Virus record (IMG/VR): IMGVR_UViG_3300036975_000054
Location: 1-43,752 of that record
Length of the DNA: 43,752 bases
DNA from: a virus
Taxonomy: Duplodnaviria > Caudoviricetes
Strand: one strand, 5' to 3'
Shown here: one piece after another, positions 33,035-42,878 of the stretch
How positions within the stretch are numbered: position 1 is the first letter of the stretch
How the letters are laid out: each line of letters opens with the position of its first letter
Translations under genes and position numbers: made by a program
The notes under the pieces: model-generated
Told to the model about the DNA's origin: nothing
The model's input: the letters and a program-made list of their open reading frames with translations, nothing else
Database searches by the model: none

Positions 33035-33976
33035 TTACTTCTCGTTCTTGATTCTGGTGTTCTTGAAGACGGCGAGGAAGTTGACGACGTTGTCTGCATC
33101 AGCAGCCAAGTCAGTCGCCGAGAAGACCTGACCGGTAGTTGTTGGGGCCTCCCTGATGTATTTCAGCCAAGCCCCCAGAAGGATCACGTCGTCAGTTCCC
33201 AAGGTGCCATCTTTCGGTTGAATGGTCAGCGTCGTTGCCGAGGGTGTGGCGGCCGGTAAGTCGGCAGCTGACAGGACCAGGGCCACTTCCTGGACCGTCT
33301 TGGCGGTCGCATCGCCAACCATGGCTGTGGACTCCCCACCGTAGTCGGCATCGGCATCATACAGCGCACCGTCCACTGTGTTGAATGCTTCTACGACCCA
33401 AACGACGGCATCGCCTACCGTGGCTCCCGTCTTGGCAGCCAAGAGATACAACACGACGTCAAACGCCACATCCACATCAGCTGGCCACACGATCTGAGTG
33501 CTCACAGGGTCCGGATTGGCGTGTGCTCCCCAGCGTATCCCGCCGGACTCGTCGCCGGCTGACCATCCCGGGGTCGGTCCAGCCGAGAAGTCCGCCAGAG
33601 CTGTACCATCTTGCTCCTGGAAAGCCCCGAGAGGTAGAGGGATAACGCCAGCTGACGGAGTCACCGCAGCGGTAGCTGCCTGCAGAACTTGGATTTGGGC
33701 CGTCTTGTTGGCCACGCTGACATCACCCGCCTGCACGATGGTCGGGGTCTTGGCAGCTTCTCGCAGGCTGCAGAAGAAGCTGTCCAGTTGATAACCGAAG
33801 TCCTCGAAGGTGACCGTGTAGAGCCCAGCACTCGTGCGTGCCACACTCCATCCAGTACCTTTTTGAGACCCACTGACGACTCCGGTGGCGCCATTGGGTC
33901 GAAAGCTTCCCTCGACGACGACTCGGTCGCGGCCGATCGAGCCGAAGCCTCGGTGAACATTCCTCATGATGCCCAT
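33035..33976 (-). CDS. Capsid decoration / minor head protein
   Basis: Directly after the MCP; A/G/T/V-rich beta protein. Confidence 0.6.
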   Translation of the reverse strand: MGIMRNVHRGFGSIGRDRVVVEGSFRPNGATGVVSGSQKGTGWSVARTSAGLYTVTFEDFGYQLDSFFCSLREAAKTPTIVQAGDVSVANKTAQIQVLQAATAAVTPSAGVIPLPLGAFQEQDGTALADFSAGPTPGWSAGDESGGIRWGAHANPDPVSTQIVWPADVDVAFDVVLYLLAAKTGATVGDAVVWVVEAFNTVDGALYDADADYGGESTAMVGDATAKTVQEVALVLSAADLPAATPSATTLTIQPKDGTLGTDDVILLGAWLKYIREAPTTTGQVFSATDLAADADNVVNFLAVFKNTRIKNEK

Positions 33977-33991
33977 TGCCTCTTTCCCTTC

Positions 33992-34031
33992 AAAAGTGGA
34001 AGGGGAGCAGAGTTCACCCGCTCCCTTTCCT
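33992..34031 (-). terminator. Putative intrinsic terminator/attenuator after the major capsid gene
   Basis: Minus strand GGAAAGGGAGCGG...CTGCTCCCCTTCC followed by ACTTTT. Confidence 0.6.
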
Positions 34032-34039
34032 GGTTATGC

Positions 34040-35335
34040 TCAGCTCGGGCTCGACAGGCCAATCCTGACATTCCCGATTGGGCAGTTGTTCCCGACGTTG
34101 CCGTACATGTAGGCACGCATCTCGTAGCCATCGGCCTGCGCACGGCGAAGAATCCACACACCATCCAGATCGACCCAGTTCACCGCTGGTCCGATGGTGT
34201 TCAGGGTCCAGCCGTCCATCGACAGCATGTAGGCCGCTGTCGCTGGGCACTTATTGGCGGCTACCACCTTGATCGGGCCCCCGTCTCCTTCGATGATCAC
34301 GGCGCGGTAGCCAACAGTGGCCTCGCCGGAACCATCTCGTCCCATGACCTGGGAATACTCCTTCTTGGCTCCGAGCTCCAGAATCAACTGGCGATACTGA
34401 GCATGATGCATGAAGCAGTTTTCCGGTGACTCTTCCTCGCGGGCCGCCTTGGACTGCGCCTCGATGAGGTTCTGCTCCAAGGGACCACTGGTGCCATCAT
34501 GGTACTGGCCGTAGAGACGTGAGTCGACACTGCGGGTAACGCCGAAGTAGGTGCCAGACGGCGTGGCTGTTGGCAACCAAGCATTGAGTCCGGCCAAGCA
34601 CCCGAGCGTGGTGTCCGTATTCTCGCGGTCGCCATCGATGAGCACGTAGTCCTCATCCACGTAGCCGCAGTCGGTGTTGAGGTCAGTGGCCGCACTCGTG
34701 GTGCACACACCGACGCTGCGATCGACCGCTGTGATGGTCACTGTATCAGACGCGTGTCGCAGGTTCGTGGTGACCGTCTGGTCGGCTGTGGCCGCAATCT
34801 CCATGCCCACTTCGAAGCAGGTGATTTCCTCTGGCTCGGCGAGCCCGAACTTGCTGGTGGTCTGGCCGACGGTGTGAGTGCCGATCGTGCCAGCCGCTGA
34901 CGTCTGGGCGACCGTTCCATCCCCGCCCCGGAAGAGCTTGGTCTCGATCGAGTTGGACAGCGACGTCAAAGTACCATCGGCTTTGCCCTTCAGGGCTCGC
35001 AGGAATGCCATGTCGTCCGAGGCAGTTGCCGCGATTGCTTCGCCGTCGATGTACGAGACACAGTAATCCCGCACGCGCGTGAGGACAAAGTCCTCCAGCT
35101 TGAGCTCGCTGGCGTTCGCCATGGCTTTGGCGAGTGACCTGGAGCGCCCCTGTGGATTGCCGAACTTGATCGGAATCGGCATGTCGCGCCCACCGAAGCC
35201 CTCGAACTTGTTCATGGCCCCGTAGAGGGGCCGTTTCCTGTACTGGATCTCCTGGAAGTTCCGGCCGCGATAGATTTGCTTGAGGGCCGGATCGAAATTG
35301 GTGATGCTGGTCGAAACAGCAGCAGTCTTGGACAT
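34040..35335 (-). CDS. Major capsid protein
   Basis: 431 aa; follows the scaffold; GGAGG RBS; followed by a terminator; FDPALKQIY, YFGVTRS. Confidence 0.8.
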   Translation of the reverse strand: MSKTAAVSTSITNFDPALKQIYRGRNFQEIQYRKRPLYGAMNKFEGFGGRDMPIPIKFGNPQGRSRSLAKAMANASELKLEDFVLTRVRDYCVSYIDGEAIAATASDDMAFLRALKGKADGTLTSLSNSIETKLFRGGDGTVAQTSAAGTIGTHTVGQTTSKFGLAEPEEITCFEVGMEIAATADQTVTTNLRHASDTVTITAVDRSVGVCTTSAATDLNTDCGYVDEDYVLIDGDRENTDTTLGCLAGLNAWLPTATPSGTYFGVTRSVDSRLYGQYHDGTSGPLEQNLIEAQSKAAREEESPENCFMHHAQYRQLILELGAKKEYSQVMGRDGSGEATVGYRAVIIEGDGGPIKVVAANKCPATAAYMLSMDGWTLNTIGPAVNWVDLDGVWILRRAQADGYEMRAYMYGNVGNNCPIGNVRIGLSSPS

Positions 35336-35363
35336 TGCTAGCCTCCGTTAGGAGGCCGGTAGT

Positions 35364-36341
35364 TTATCTCCTGATAGCCTTCAATGCCTGTTCCAGGACT
35401 TCGTTCTCAGTGAGTCTTCGTTCTGGTTCTGGCTTGTTTGGCTTCGACGTGATACCGGCCTCAGTCCCAAGTGTTTCTGGTGTCTTGTTAGCCGGTTCAC
35501 TTCCGGATTCTCCATCTGACTGTTGCTCTGTCTCTGCCTTCGGTTGGTCACTGCCCAGCCCCAGCGCGGATTTCACTACATCCAGGTCCATGAGCTTCTT
35601 CAAGTCGCCGCGCTTTCTCTCTTGCAGTATAGCAATCACGGTTTCTGGCGGCAACACCTCCCCTTTTTCCTGCGACAGACGGATAGCCTCTTGGTAGACC
35701 TCGTCCTTGGCGTTTGGGAAGGAAGCCATGAGCTTGTACTCGTCTTTGGCGAGCGCCCCATCGATGAGCTGCAGGTACTGCCATTCGTAACTTTGTTGGT
35801 TGGCAGCTTGACTGTGCTTGTCCAAGGCCTCGGCGACGATGGCGGCTACATCTTCCCTAGTCAAGTTCCCATTCTGGGTTGACTCCTCCTGAGGCATCTG
35901 TGTCGTACCTGTCATCACGCGCTCTGCCAGATTCTGGAAGGTGATTCCAGCTTCCTGCAGAATTCCCAGTGGGTCCTTCCTGAGCCCGGTCAAGAAGTCA
36001 GCCTTTTGCTGCTCGACGTTCCCGGCCTGGATTTGCTCGATGTGCTTCTGTAGAGCTGCCTCTCGACTTTTCAACTCCCGCTCACGCTTCTCAGCGCGCG
36101 ACATCCTGTCCTCGATAGCTGCCCATGCCTGAGATACAGATTTGGGCATCTCTGGAGTCGCATCCGGCTCTGGAGCTTCCGGGGCATCCTCCGATACTGG
36201 AGTCGTGCTCGCCTTGCCCTCACCTTCATCAGCTCCAGCTTCTGGCTCTGGTTCCGGCGTGGTTACAGGCGTCTCCTCAGACACTGGTTCACTCGCGTGC
36301 TGCACGCTCTTCAAGGCTTCCATTAGAACTTCGTCACCCAT
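35364..36341 (-). CDS. Scaffolding protein
   Basis: Acidic Pro/Glu-rich disordered ends with coiled coils; between portal and MCP. Confidence 0.75.
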   Translation of the reverse strand: MGDEVLMEALKSVQHASEPVSEETPVTTPEPEPEAGADEGEGKASTTPVSEDAPEAPEPDATPEMPKSVSQAWAAIEDRMSRAEKRERELKSREAALQKHIEQIQAGNVEQQKADFLTGLRKDPLGILQEAGITFQNLAERVMTGTTQMPQEESTQNGNLTREDVAAIVAEALDKHSQAANQQSYEWQYLQLIDGALAKDEYKLMASFPNAKDEVYQEAIRLSQEKGEVLPPETVIAILQERKRGDLKKLMDLDVVKSALGLGSDQPKAETEQQSDGESGSEPANKTPETLGTEAGITSKPNKPEPERRLTENEVLEQALKAIRR

Positions 36342-36349
36342 TACTCACC

Positions 36350-38173
36350 TCATAGGTTCGGAGGACCGGCAGGGGCAGCACCGACTGGTTGTGCCCCCAT
36401 GCCTGGTCCCGGTTGTTGCATTGCCATCTGTTGCATCTGAGCCTGTCGCATCGCGGCCTGCTCTGCCTGCACGATCTTGTCCTGTGTTTGCGCGATAAAG
36501 CTGCGCACCAGGTCTAAACGCTCCTCGGGCACATCGTCGATCTGGGCTTGTGCCAAATGCTTACTTGCCCAATCCAAGGTCAATTGGAAATTCATGTGGG
36601 GCTCTGGGGATTCCGGCTGTCCCCGCTCGAGCATGTTCTCGATCTTCTTCTCGATGAGCTCCAGAGGAGCAGTTGCCAACCGAGCTAGATGATCAACATC
36701 GGGAGTCCCACGCAACAACCCAATCAAGTGCGGACCAAGCGCTGGATACACATTCGCAAGCTTGAGCATCGCATCGATGCGTCCGGCCGGCTCTTCTGGC
36801 AGCAGGTTGGCAGGGAACACTTGGGTCGTGTACGAATCCCTGGGCATGTAGATGTCGTTGAAATCGATCTCCGAGGCTCCATCCGTGTCAGCCGAGAGCA
36901 TCCGCACTTTATAACCCGCTTTAGCAGCTCGAGCCCCGGCGTCTATCAAGCGCTCGCCGGCATCTACTTGCGCTTGGGCCCAGCGCTGCGCAGTGTGCTT
37001 GTGTCTCTGCGTGCCGATGTCATGGTAGATCTGCAGTGCTTCTCCGGAGTCGAGCCCCGCTGGCTTGACCCCCTGCGAAGCCAACTGTGAAACACCCACG
37101 ATCTCGAATGCACGAGCGTACAGCCGATCCAGATGATGAAAATACTCAGCGGAGACGGACGCGGTCGTTTGGAAGATCGGCGGCCGGTTGCCTTTATACT
37201 CTCGCACGGCCATGTCACGATTGTTGATGTTGGCAACTCCACTGCCCTTCTGGAGCCACACCATCGAAGTCGCCAGTGTCATGAGCTTCTGGATCTTCTG
37301 AGCGATGTAATTGATCTCGACTTGGATAGGCGACAGCTCCTCGACCAGCCCCATTCCTAGGTAACCAAACAAGGGCCATTGGGCATCCCACTTCACCAAT
37401 GGGAATGGGTCGCGCCACTCTCCATCTGCCAGCGTTGCTTGATCGACTGCGATGGTGAATCTCCCAGGAGTGGTCTTGGACTCTGGCAGCCGGTAGGCCA
37501 TGATCACCGTTACGGGATCTGTGTTTCCTACGTGATCGATGAAGCTGCGTGCCAGACGCTCAGAGTTCTTGATCTCCTCACGCTTCTTTGGATACTTGTC
37601 AGCCAACCAATCCCGGTCCACGTCCCTGGTGATGTACAGCATCCTAGGCTTGCCATACTTGCACTCGGCATCGTCGAAGATGACATCCGTCGTGGGCACA
37701 CGCTCCATGAATAGTTGACCACGGACGTGGTCGATGCGCTCGAATCCAGAACCAAAGATGCTTCCGTCTAGGAACATCTGCAAGGACGTTTGATAGTGTT
37801 GCAGCGCTAGGAAAGCTCCAAGGATGAACTGATCGGTCTTTCGCATTTTGGAGCGCGCTTCCAAGTCTCCGCGCTTGGTCGCGTGCAATGGACGTGATCG
37901 CTCCGCGGCGATGGTGGCGACTGCAGTGTCGATAGCCGACTTGGTCACGTTCAGCCGGATGCGCTCTCCGCCATCCATAGCACTCGAGTATGAACGTCCA
38001 GTGGCGGCCGCCGCTGCCCTGTTGCTATACATACGCAAAAAGTGCACAAAGGCGTCGTCGTAGTATCCCTGCTCATTCACGAGCCACTGCACGAGCGCGA
38101 ATAGCTCCGAGTGTGGATCTTTGAGTTTCCTGTCCCACCAAGGCTCGATCTGGCTTCTCGTCCTGATAATCAT
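36350..38173 (-). CDS. Portal protein
   Basis: 607 aa; NVTKSAID, DGSIFGSG, G.GLVEEL..IQ..IN, SGEAL; Q/P-rich tail. Confidence 0.85.
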   Translation of the reverse strand: MIIRTRSQIEPWWDRKLKDPHSELFALVQWLVNEQGYYDDAFVHFLRMYSNRAAAAATGRSYSSAMDGGERIRLNVTKSAIDTAVATIAAERSRPLHATKRGDLEARSKMRKTDQFILGAFLALQHYQTSLQMFLDGSIFGSGFERIDHVRGQLFMERVPTTDVIFDDAECKYGKPRMLYITRDVDRDWLADKYPKKREEIKNSERLARSFIDHVGNTDPVTVIMAYRLPESKTTPGRFTIAVDQATLADGEWRDPFPLVKWDAQWPLFGYLGMGLVEELSPIQVEINYIAQKIQKLMTLATSMVWLQKGSGVANINNRDMAVREYKGNRPPIFQTTASVSAEYFHHLDRLYARAFEIVGVSQLASQGVKPAGLDSGEALQIYHDIGTQRHKHTAQRWAQAQVDAGERLIDAGARAAKAGYKVRMLSADTDGASEIDFNDIYMPRDSYTTQVFPANLLPEEPAGRIDAMLKLANVYPALGPHLIGLLRGTPDVDHLARLATAPLELIEKKIENMLERGQPESPEPHMNFQLTLDWASKHLAQAQIDDVPEERLDLVRSFIAQTQDKIVQAEQAAMRQAQMQQMAMQQPGPGMGAQPVGAAPAGPPNL

Positions 38174-38388
38174 TGTGCATGCCCATACTGGAGCCTCTCA
38201 CGTCGCTCTTCCGGTGTTGACTCTTCGTACTCCTTGTCCCACTTCGAGATCGTGGCCTGCAACTGAGCCATTACCTCGGCATCCGGCGATTGCTCCATGA
38301 ACTCTACTTCCCGCACTTGCCCTCTCTCGTCGAAGACTGCACGCCGCACGCCGAGCTCCTTGAGCTTTTTGAGATCAGAGACCCGCAT
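38170..38388 (-). CDS. Hypothetical protein
   Basis: ATGA-coupled to the portal; GAGG RBS. Confidence 0.65.
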   Translation of the reverse strand: MRVSDLKKLKELGVRRAVFDERGQVREVEFMEQSPDAEVMAQLQATISKWDKEYEESTPEERRERLQYGHAQ

Positions 38389-39019
38389 CTAACATCCTCG
38401 CTTCTGAGAGTTTCAAACGATACTCACGATATTGGCTCTTCTCCATTCCCAATTCCGGAACGTCGACCCCTGCCTCTCTGAGCTTTTCGGTCAGCTGGCG
38501 TGGCCAATTGAATGGGTCTACCCACAGTTGCAGTCCTCGCTCGTGCTTGCGCAGTTCCTTATTCCTTGGTGGGTTCCCGAGGTGGAGCTCGTACTTGTGG
38601 ACATTGTCCATTGGGAATCGCAGATGTCGCACTTCGAGGTCGACAAGCTTCTTCCTGGAAGCTGAGAGATTTGCACGCTCGATGAGAGCGAAGATCGCGC
38701 GCAAGCGTACTGCGTCCACGCGCCACTGGTTGAGGGGAACTACTGGATCGGTTAGTGGGGCATCTGCGAGCTCGATGAGGGCTTGCAAGGTATACGTATT
38801 CGGCTGCTCTGCTGTCTCTGCTTCTGCGAGCTCATCACGTATGGCCTCGACCACATGCGGGGGATCCACTTCGTGAATCTTGGAGCCATCAGCAGTCTCC
38901 TCCGTCACCCAGTGACTGGGCAACTTGCGGAGATCTTCGCGAAGCAACTTGGGCTGAGCCTTGCCCTCTTCCCAGGTGCCATCTTCACGAAGGACCCAGC
39001 GCTTGCCCTTGGAGCTCAT
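38375..39019 (-). CDS. Hypothetical protein
   Basis: 214-aa ORF coupled to its neighbours. Confidence 0.65.
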   Translation of the reverse strand: MSSKGKRWVLREDGTWEEGKAQPKLLREDLRKLPSHWVTEETADGSKIHEVDPPHVVEAIRDELAEAETAEQPNTYTLQALIELADAPLTDPVVPLNQWRVDAVRLRAIFALIERANLSASRKKLVDLEVRHLRFPMDNVHKYELHLGNPPRNKELRKHERGLQLWVDPFNWPRQLTEKLREAGVDVPELGMEKSQYREYRLKLSEARMLDAGL

Positions 39020-39192
39020 CGCGCTTTCCTCTTCTTCCGGCGATACCCACCCTTTGGCCCCAAGCGTCCGGCGCGGCTCATGCTGAGAGCTGTCGCTACA
39101 GCCTGCTTCTGTGGCATGCCTTCCCTCTTCACGAGCTTGCTGATTTTGGCACTAACTGCTTTGCCTCTACTTCGTCCTTTTATCTTCGACAT
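39016..39192 (-). CDS. Small basic phage protein (KQAVA.ALS type, 58 aa)
   Basis: AGGAGG RBS; MSKIKGRSRGK...EGMPQKQAVATALSMSR...RRKRKAR*. Absent from the ORF track. Confidence 0.7.
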   Translation of the reverse strand: MSKIKGRSRGKAVSAKISKLVKREGMPQKQAVATALSMSRAGRLGPKGGYRRKKRKAR

Positions 39193-39359
39193 GACTCTTC
39201 CCTCCTACCATCCTTTACGCGCTTCCCACAACTCGCGCAGATCAGGTAACAAGTCGATGGATCCCAGATCACAGTCAGGTGGGGACAGTCCCTGTGTGGG
39301 AAGACACGGTCAAACCCCTGACGATACTGATCGGTAGCTGCCTTGGACTGAATTTTCAT
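39180..39359 (-). CDS. Small zinc-finger-like protein (59 aa)
   Basis: AAGGAG RBS; MKIQSKAATDQYRQGFDRVF...CPH...CASCG. Confidence 0.55.
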   Translation of the reverse strand: MKIQSKAATDQYRQGFDRVFPHRDCPHLTVIWDPSTCYLICASCGKRVKDGRREESCRR

Positions 39360-39661
39360 TTTAGGACTCCTTCCTTCACTAATCCTTCATGGAGATCCTT
39401 CGCGACTTCCATGAGACGCTCGCGGATGGTCACCAACGTATCTCCTGGAGCAATTTCAATCCCTATCCTGACCTCATACGAGTCTGCCAAATACTGCTTT
39501 ATGGCAATCTCCCCGTCATATTCGTAGATCCCGAATTCATGTACAGGTCCACCGGGCCGTGCGCAGCAACCGATATAGTCCGGGGGACAGTCGCAAGCAC
39601 TTTTCACACCCCTGATCATCTCCAAAGCTCCTCTTCTGGTACGACGCCATGTGCCCACCAC
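39356..39661 (-). CDS. Hypothetical protein (true start probably ~39619)
   Basis: ORF between terL and the small genes; ATGA overlap with the terL stop. Confidence 0.5.
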   Translation of the reverse strand: MVGTWRRTRRGALEMIRGVKSACDCPPDYIGCCARPGGPVHEFGIYEYDGEIAIKQYLADSYEVRIGIEIAPGDTLVTIRERLMEVAKDLHEGLVKEGVLK

Positions 39662-41352
39662 TCACTTGATGAGTTCTTGGCGACTTCATGCTCTAGAATA
39701 TCATTCTCCAGCTGGTCCCACCATTCCTTGGTGCCCTCCTGTGGTGGATCCTCTATTTCCTCCTCCAGGTGCTGTTTCAGGCAGCGCGCCGCTGCACTGG
39801 CAAAATCGGCGTGCCTGCCATCCTGAGTTTGGACGAGCTGCACGCTGAAACCCTTCATCGTCGCCCGTCGACGGACTTGTTTGAAGTCTTGTTCCATGTG
39901 GGGATGGGGAGCCAGCTCCACTCGCCCATCAGCCATCCACACGCCAAGCGAGGTGAACGTGTCAGTCTTCTCTTTCTGGGTCCAGTCTTCAATCACCAGC
40001 GAAATGCCAAATTCCTCTGCGAGATCCTGGAGAGCTTCCGCACTCCACTCATCTGTGTAGCACCAATCCAGGTGATAGCCTTGATCTTCGTCGTCGCCAT
40101 CGTCGCCACGCAGAATCTGAGCGATCTCCGCGAGCACTTGGCGGGGCCGCAGGGGCTCCAGCGGGGAGCCGCGCCACTCATCGGCATACACCATCCTGAA
40201 CTTGTTGCCTCGACGGCTGAAGATCACCAACACCCAAGCGTTCACGCGCGTCGCTGGGTCAATACACGCGATGTAATCGTAGTGCCGGTCCCATGGGATG
40301 CTCATCGGTTCTAGGCGAGTGCACTCCTTGATGACCTTCATCGGATAGAGCTGCTCTTCGGAGTCCGCGAACTCAGCCAGCACGTCAGTCTTGTAAACGA
40401 GAGGGTTCAGTCGCCGGATCTTCTCGCAGCGGTCCGGGGTCCACCACGTCGGATTCATGGCCGGCCCGGTCGCTTTGATGATGACAATGTCCCTTGATGG
40501 CCTACCAAAGTGCTTGACGTGTTTGTTATAAATTGGTCCAGTGGCCGCCCATGGAGAACCGATAGACATTATCTGACCACCTGGAAGGATACGGGCAACC
40601 GCGGCGTCATAAGCATCGTCGTAGTTGATGACTCCCTCTGCCGCACCAACCATTCTTGGTGCTTCATCGAGGCACAAGCCAGCCAGCCATCTGGAAACAA
40701 GCGAGCCACCGGCGCGTTTGCCAGCGACTACACGAATTTCGATCGGCCGGCCTTCTGGATGCCATAGGAAGACGTTCCCGATGATGTCGGCACCCGACTC
40801 GTCGATGATCTCTCGCCATTTGCTCAATGACTTCCTGGAGACCTTCAGGTGTGAAAGTCGAGGTTGCTGCAATGCTCCCAACAGATGTGAGAACGTGACT
40901 ACCGCGTTGTCCCGTTCCAGGGAGAGGATACTGAATCTGGGAATGTCACGGGATCGCCTGCATGGGCCTAAATCGATCGTCTGTGATGCCCAGATAGCAC
41001 GCGCGGCAGCGAACAGGGATTTACCAGAGCGTACGGCGGCGAGGATGACTACTTCTGCCGGGGGCTCGGTGAAATCTGGCAGCTCGCCGTAGCCCAATGC
41101 ATCTCTGACAATTTCACTATCAGCCAACTTCCCGGGCGGTCGCCCCTCGAGAATGCGAAGGATCGCACGCTGGGTATTTGTGACTGTCCCGTCGGCATCC
41201 AACCCGAAGCCGTCTTCCGAGCAGACAAGCTCCTCTAGAGTCTTGAATCCAAAGAATGAGCCGGCGCGATCCCTGGCTGCTTCGAGGAACAGCTGCTCAT
41301 CTTCTGGGTCCAGGACCTGGACGAATTCCTGTATGTCAAAGTCCGGCTTCAT
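39616..41352 (-). CDS. terL: Terminase large subunit
   Basis: Walker A AVRSGKS, Walker B LCLDEA, coupling motif IGSP, nuclease CIDPA and HAD. Start at 41352 (MKPDFD) chosen from AGGA RBS. Confidence 0.88.
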   Translation of the reverse strand: MKPDFDIQEFVQVLDPEDEQLFLEAARDRAGSFFGFKTLEELVCSEDGFGLDADGTVTNTQRAILRILEGRPPGKLADSEIVRDALGYGELPDFTEPPAEVVILAAVRSGKSLFAAARAIWASQTIDLGPCRRSRDIPRFSILSLERDNAVVTFSHLLGALQQPRLSHLKVSRKSLSKWREIIDESGADIIGNVFLWHPEGRPIEIRVVAGKRAGGSLVSRWLAGLCLDEAPRMVGAAEGVINYDDAYDAAVARILPGGQIMSIGSPWAATGPIYNKHVKHFGRPSRDIVIIKATGPAMNPTWWTPDRCEKIRRLNPLVYKTDVLAEFADSEEQLYPMKVIKECTRLEPMSIPWDRHYDYIACIDPATRVNAWVLVIFSRRGNKFRMVYADEWRGSPLEPLRPRQVLAEIAQILRGDDGDDEDQGYHLDWCYTDEWSAEALQDLAEEFGISLVIEDWTQKEKTDTFTSLGVWMADGRVELAPHPHMEQDFKQVRRRATMKGFSVQLVQTQDGRHADFASAAARCLKQHLEEEIEDPPQEGTKEWWDQLENDILEHEVAKNSSSEWWAHGVVPEEELWR

Positions 41353-41518
41353 TACATTCCTGCTTGGGGTGGTCATAAGCGTAGACGTCGCGCCACTTAC
41401 CACAGTAGAGTAGGTAGCGACGGATGGTGTCTATTTCTCTATTGTATGATCCTGGCACTGCTTGCGTGGACATCAGCTCGTGCCATCGTCTGAGAGCTAT
41501 TGGGAGGGTGAGCTTCAC
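41336..41518 (-). CDS. Hypothetical protein
   Basis: GTGA-coupled ORF filling the gap before terL. Confidence 0.45.
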   Translation of the reverse strand: MKLTLPIALRRWHELMSTQAVPGSYNREIDTIRRYLLYCGKWRDVYAYDHPKQECNEAGL

Positions 41519-41877
41519 CGCTTCTTCCCCATCGATGCGCGCACATCCATCGACAGCCGATCCAGCCTTTCCGTTACTGGGCCAAAATCGATAGCGGGGG
41601 CATTTTCCATCGCAGCAAGCTGCGCGAGGGTCACGCCGTCTGCGTACCTGAAGTTCTGAACGCGACTGGCCGGCACGAATACGATGAGTGGATTCATGCC
41701 ATCCTCTTTCGGCACCGAGGCCGCGATCACGTTGCCCTCTTCGGTGGCGTAGAACACTTGCTTGTCTGGGTTGGACTCGTTGCGACGCATGCCGAACGTG
41801 ACCGACTGTCGAGTGTCCTGATCCGCCTCGTGACAGGTGTCAGCAAACGTGACCGACTTCAACGGAAAGAGCTTCAT
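41515..41877 (-). CDS. Hypothetical protein
   Basis: GAGGAG RBS; 120 aa. Confidence 0.65.
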   Translation of the reverse strand: MKLFPLKSVTFADTCHEADQDTRQSVTFGMRRNESNPDKQVFYATEEGNVIAASVPKEDGMNPLIVFVPASRVQNFRYADGVTLAQLAAMENAPAIDFGPVTERLDRLSMDVRASMGKKR

Positions 41878-41895
41878 CGATTCTTCTCCTCGAGT

Positions 41896-42465
41896 TTAGG
41901 GAAATCCTACATAGATGAATTGTTCTGGGTCGGGCTCCTCTGACCATGTCCAGTGTGACACGCATACTGGTCTCTTGTCTAGACCGAGTGCCTGCAACAA
42001 CGCCCTGCCGATGCCTTGACGGCGCAGCGCGCGCTTGACGTAGACGAAGTGCAGCACTCCCCCACCCACCGGTCCCTGTGCCACTGCCCAGCCGAAAACG
42101 CGCCCCGGCTCTCTCTGCGAGCACGCGACCAAGCACCTTCCTGCCCCACCCAGGAGCTCTTTGATCCGCTCTTCGGCCGCACGAGCGTACCCCGCCCGCA
42201 GCCTGCTGAAGCGCTGTGCATTCTGAATCCAGCTATGCAAAATCAGGTTCCGGTCCCCTGGGACATAGGAGCGCACGCTAAACGGCAACCCGTCGCTACC
42301 CAGTATATTGGATATAATACGAGGATTGCATTCCTCCTGGGAACCTGGATTCGGGGGACCCAGATCGGATACCCTAGGGGGTGTCCGCGGCCCATGGGGG
42401 GGTCTACCTTCGTGGGGTGCTGTCTGCATCTTGGGGACGATCACTATCAGCTTGTCCTTACTCAC
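41896..42465 (-). CDS. GNAT-family acetyltransferase-like protein
   Basis: LHFVYVKRALRRQGIGRALL, the acetyl-CoA binding motif A (R/Q-x-x-G-x-G). Confidence 0.7.
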   Translation of the reverse strand: MSKDKLIVIVPKMQTAPHEGRPPHGPRTPPRVSDLGPPNPGSQEECNPRIISNILGSDGLPFSVRSYVPGDRNLILHSWIQNAQRFSRLRAGYARAAEERIKELLGGAGRCLVACSQREPGRVFGWAVAQGPVGGGVLHFVYVKRALRRQGIGRALLQALGLDKRPVCVSHWTWSEEPDPEQFIYVGFP

Positions 42466-42872
42466 TTCTTACCCTTCTTCCTAGGCGACTGGCGACGTGA
42501 CTTCGCCAACCGCGCCTCGACGATCTGCGGCGTGCTCGCCGGCGCCAGCTCCCGCTTTTGGATGATCGCGCTGGCGATCTGCTGCAGCGTCTCGCTATCT
42601 ACTGATTGTACTATGTTGACTATCTGCGGCGCCTTCCCGTATCCCCTGTCGAGCAAGATCTCGATGGCCCTCAGCCGGTCACGATCTTCGCCGTTGACCG
42701 CTATATCCAGTAGAACGGGCAGCAGAGCTGAAATATACTGACGACACTGAGCCACTAGAGAGATGCCCGCAAGTTTCCGCACTCGCCGCGCTGCCTCGCC
42801 GCCAGCTTGTTGAGCTAATAGGTCAAGCTTCTCGGCGATCTGCGACGGGGGCGGCTTTTTCGATCTGGGCAT
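42462..42872 (-). CDS. Putative terminase small subunit
   Basis: RLRAIEILLDRGYGKAPQ motif; first gene of the packaging arm; ATG 42872 sits 7 nt after a -10 box. Confidence 0.65.
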   Translation of the reverse strand: MPRSKKPPPSQIAEKLDLLAQQAGGEAARRVRKLAGISLVAQCRQYISALLPVLLDIAVNGEDRDRLRAIEILLDRGYGKAPQIVNIVQSVDSETLQQIASAIIQKRELAPASTPQIVEARLAKSRRQSPRKKGKK

Positions 42873-42878
42873 ACACTG

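Noticed and set aside
33689-34429. 246-aa + strand ORF opposite the capsid genes
   Set aside because: Antisense shadow crossing a terminator; no protein-like features.
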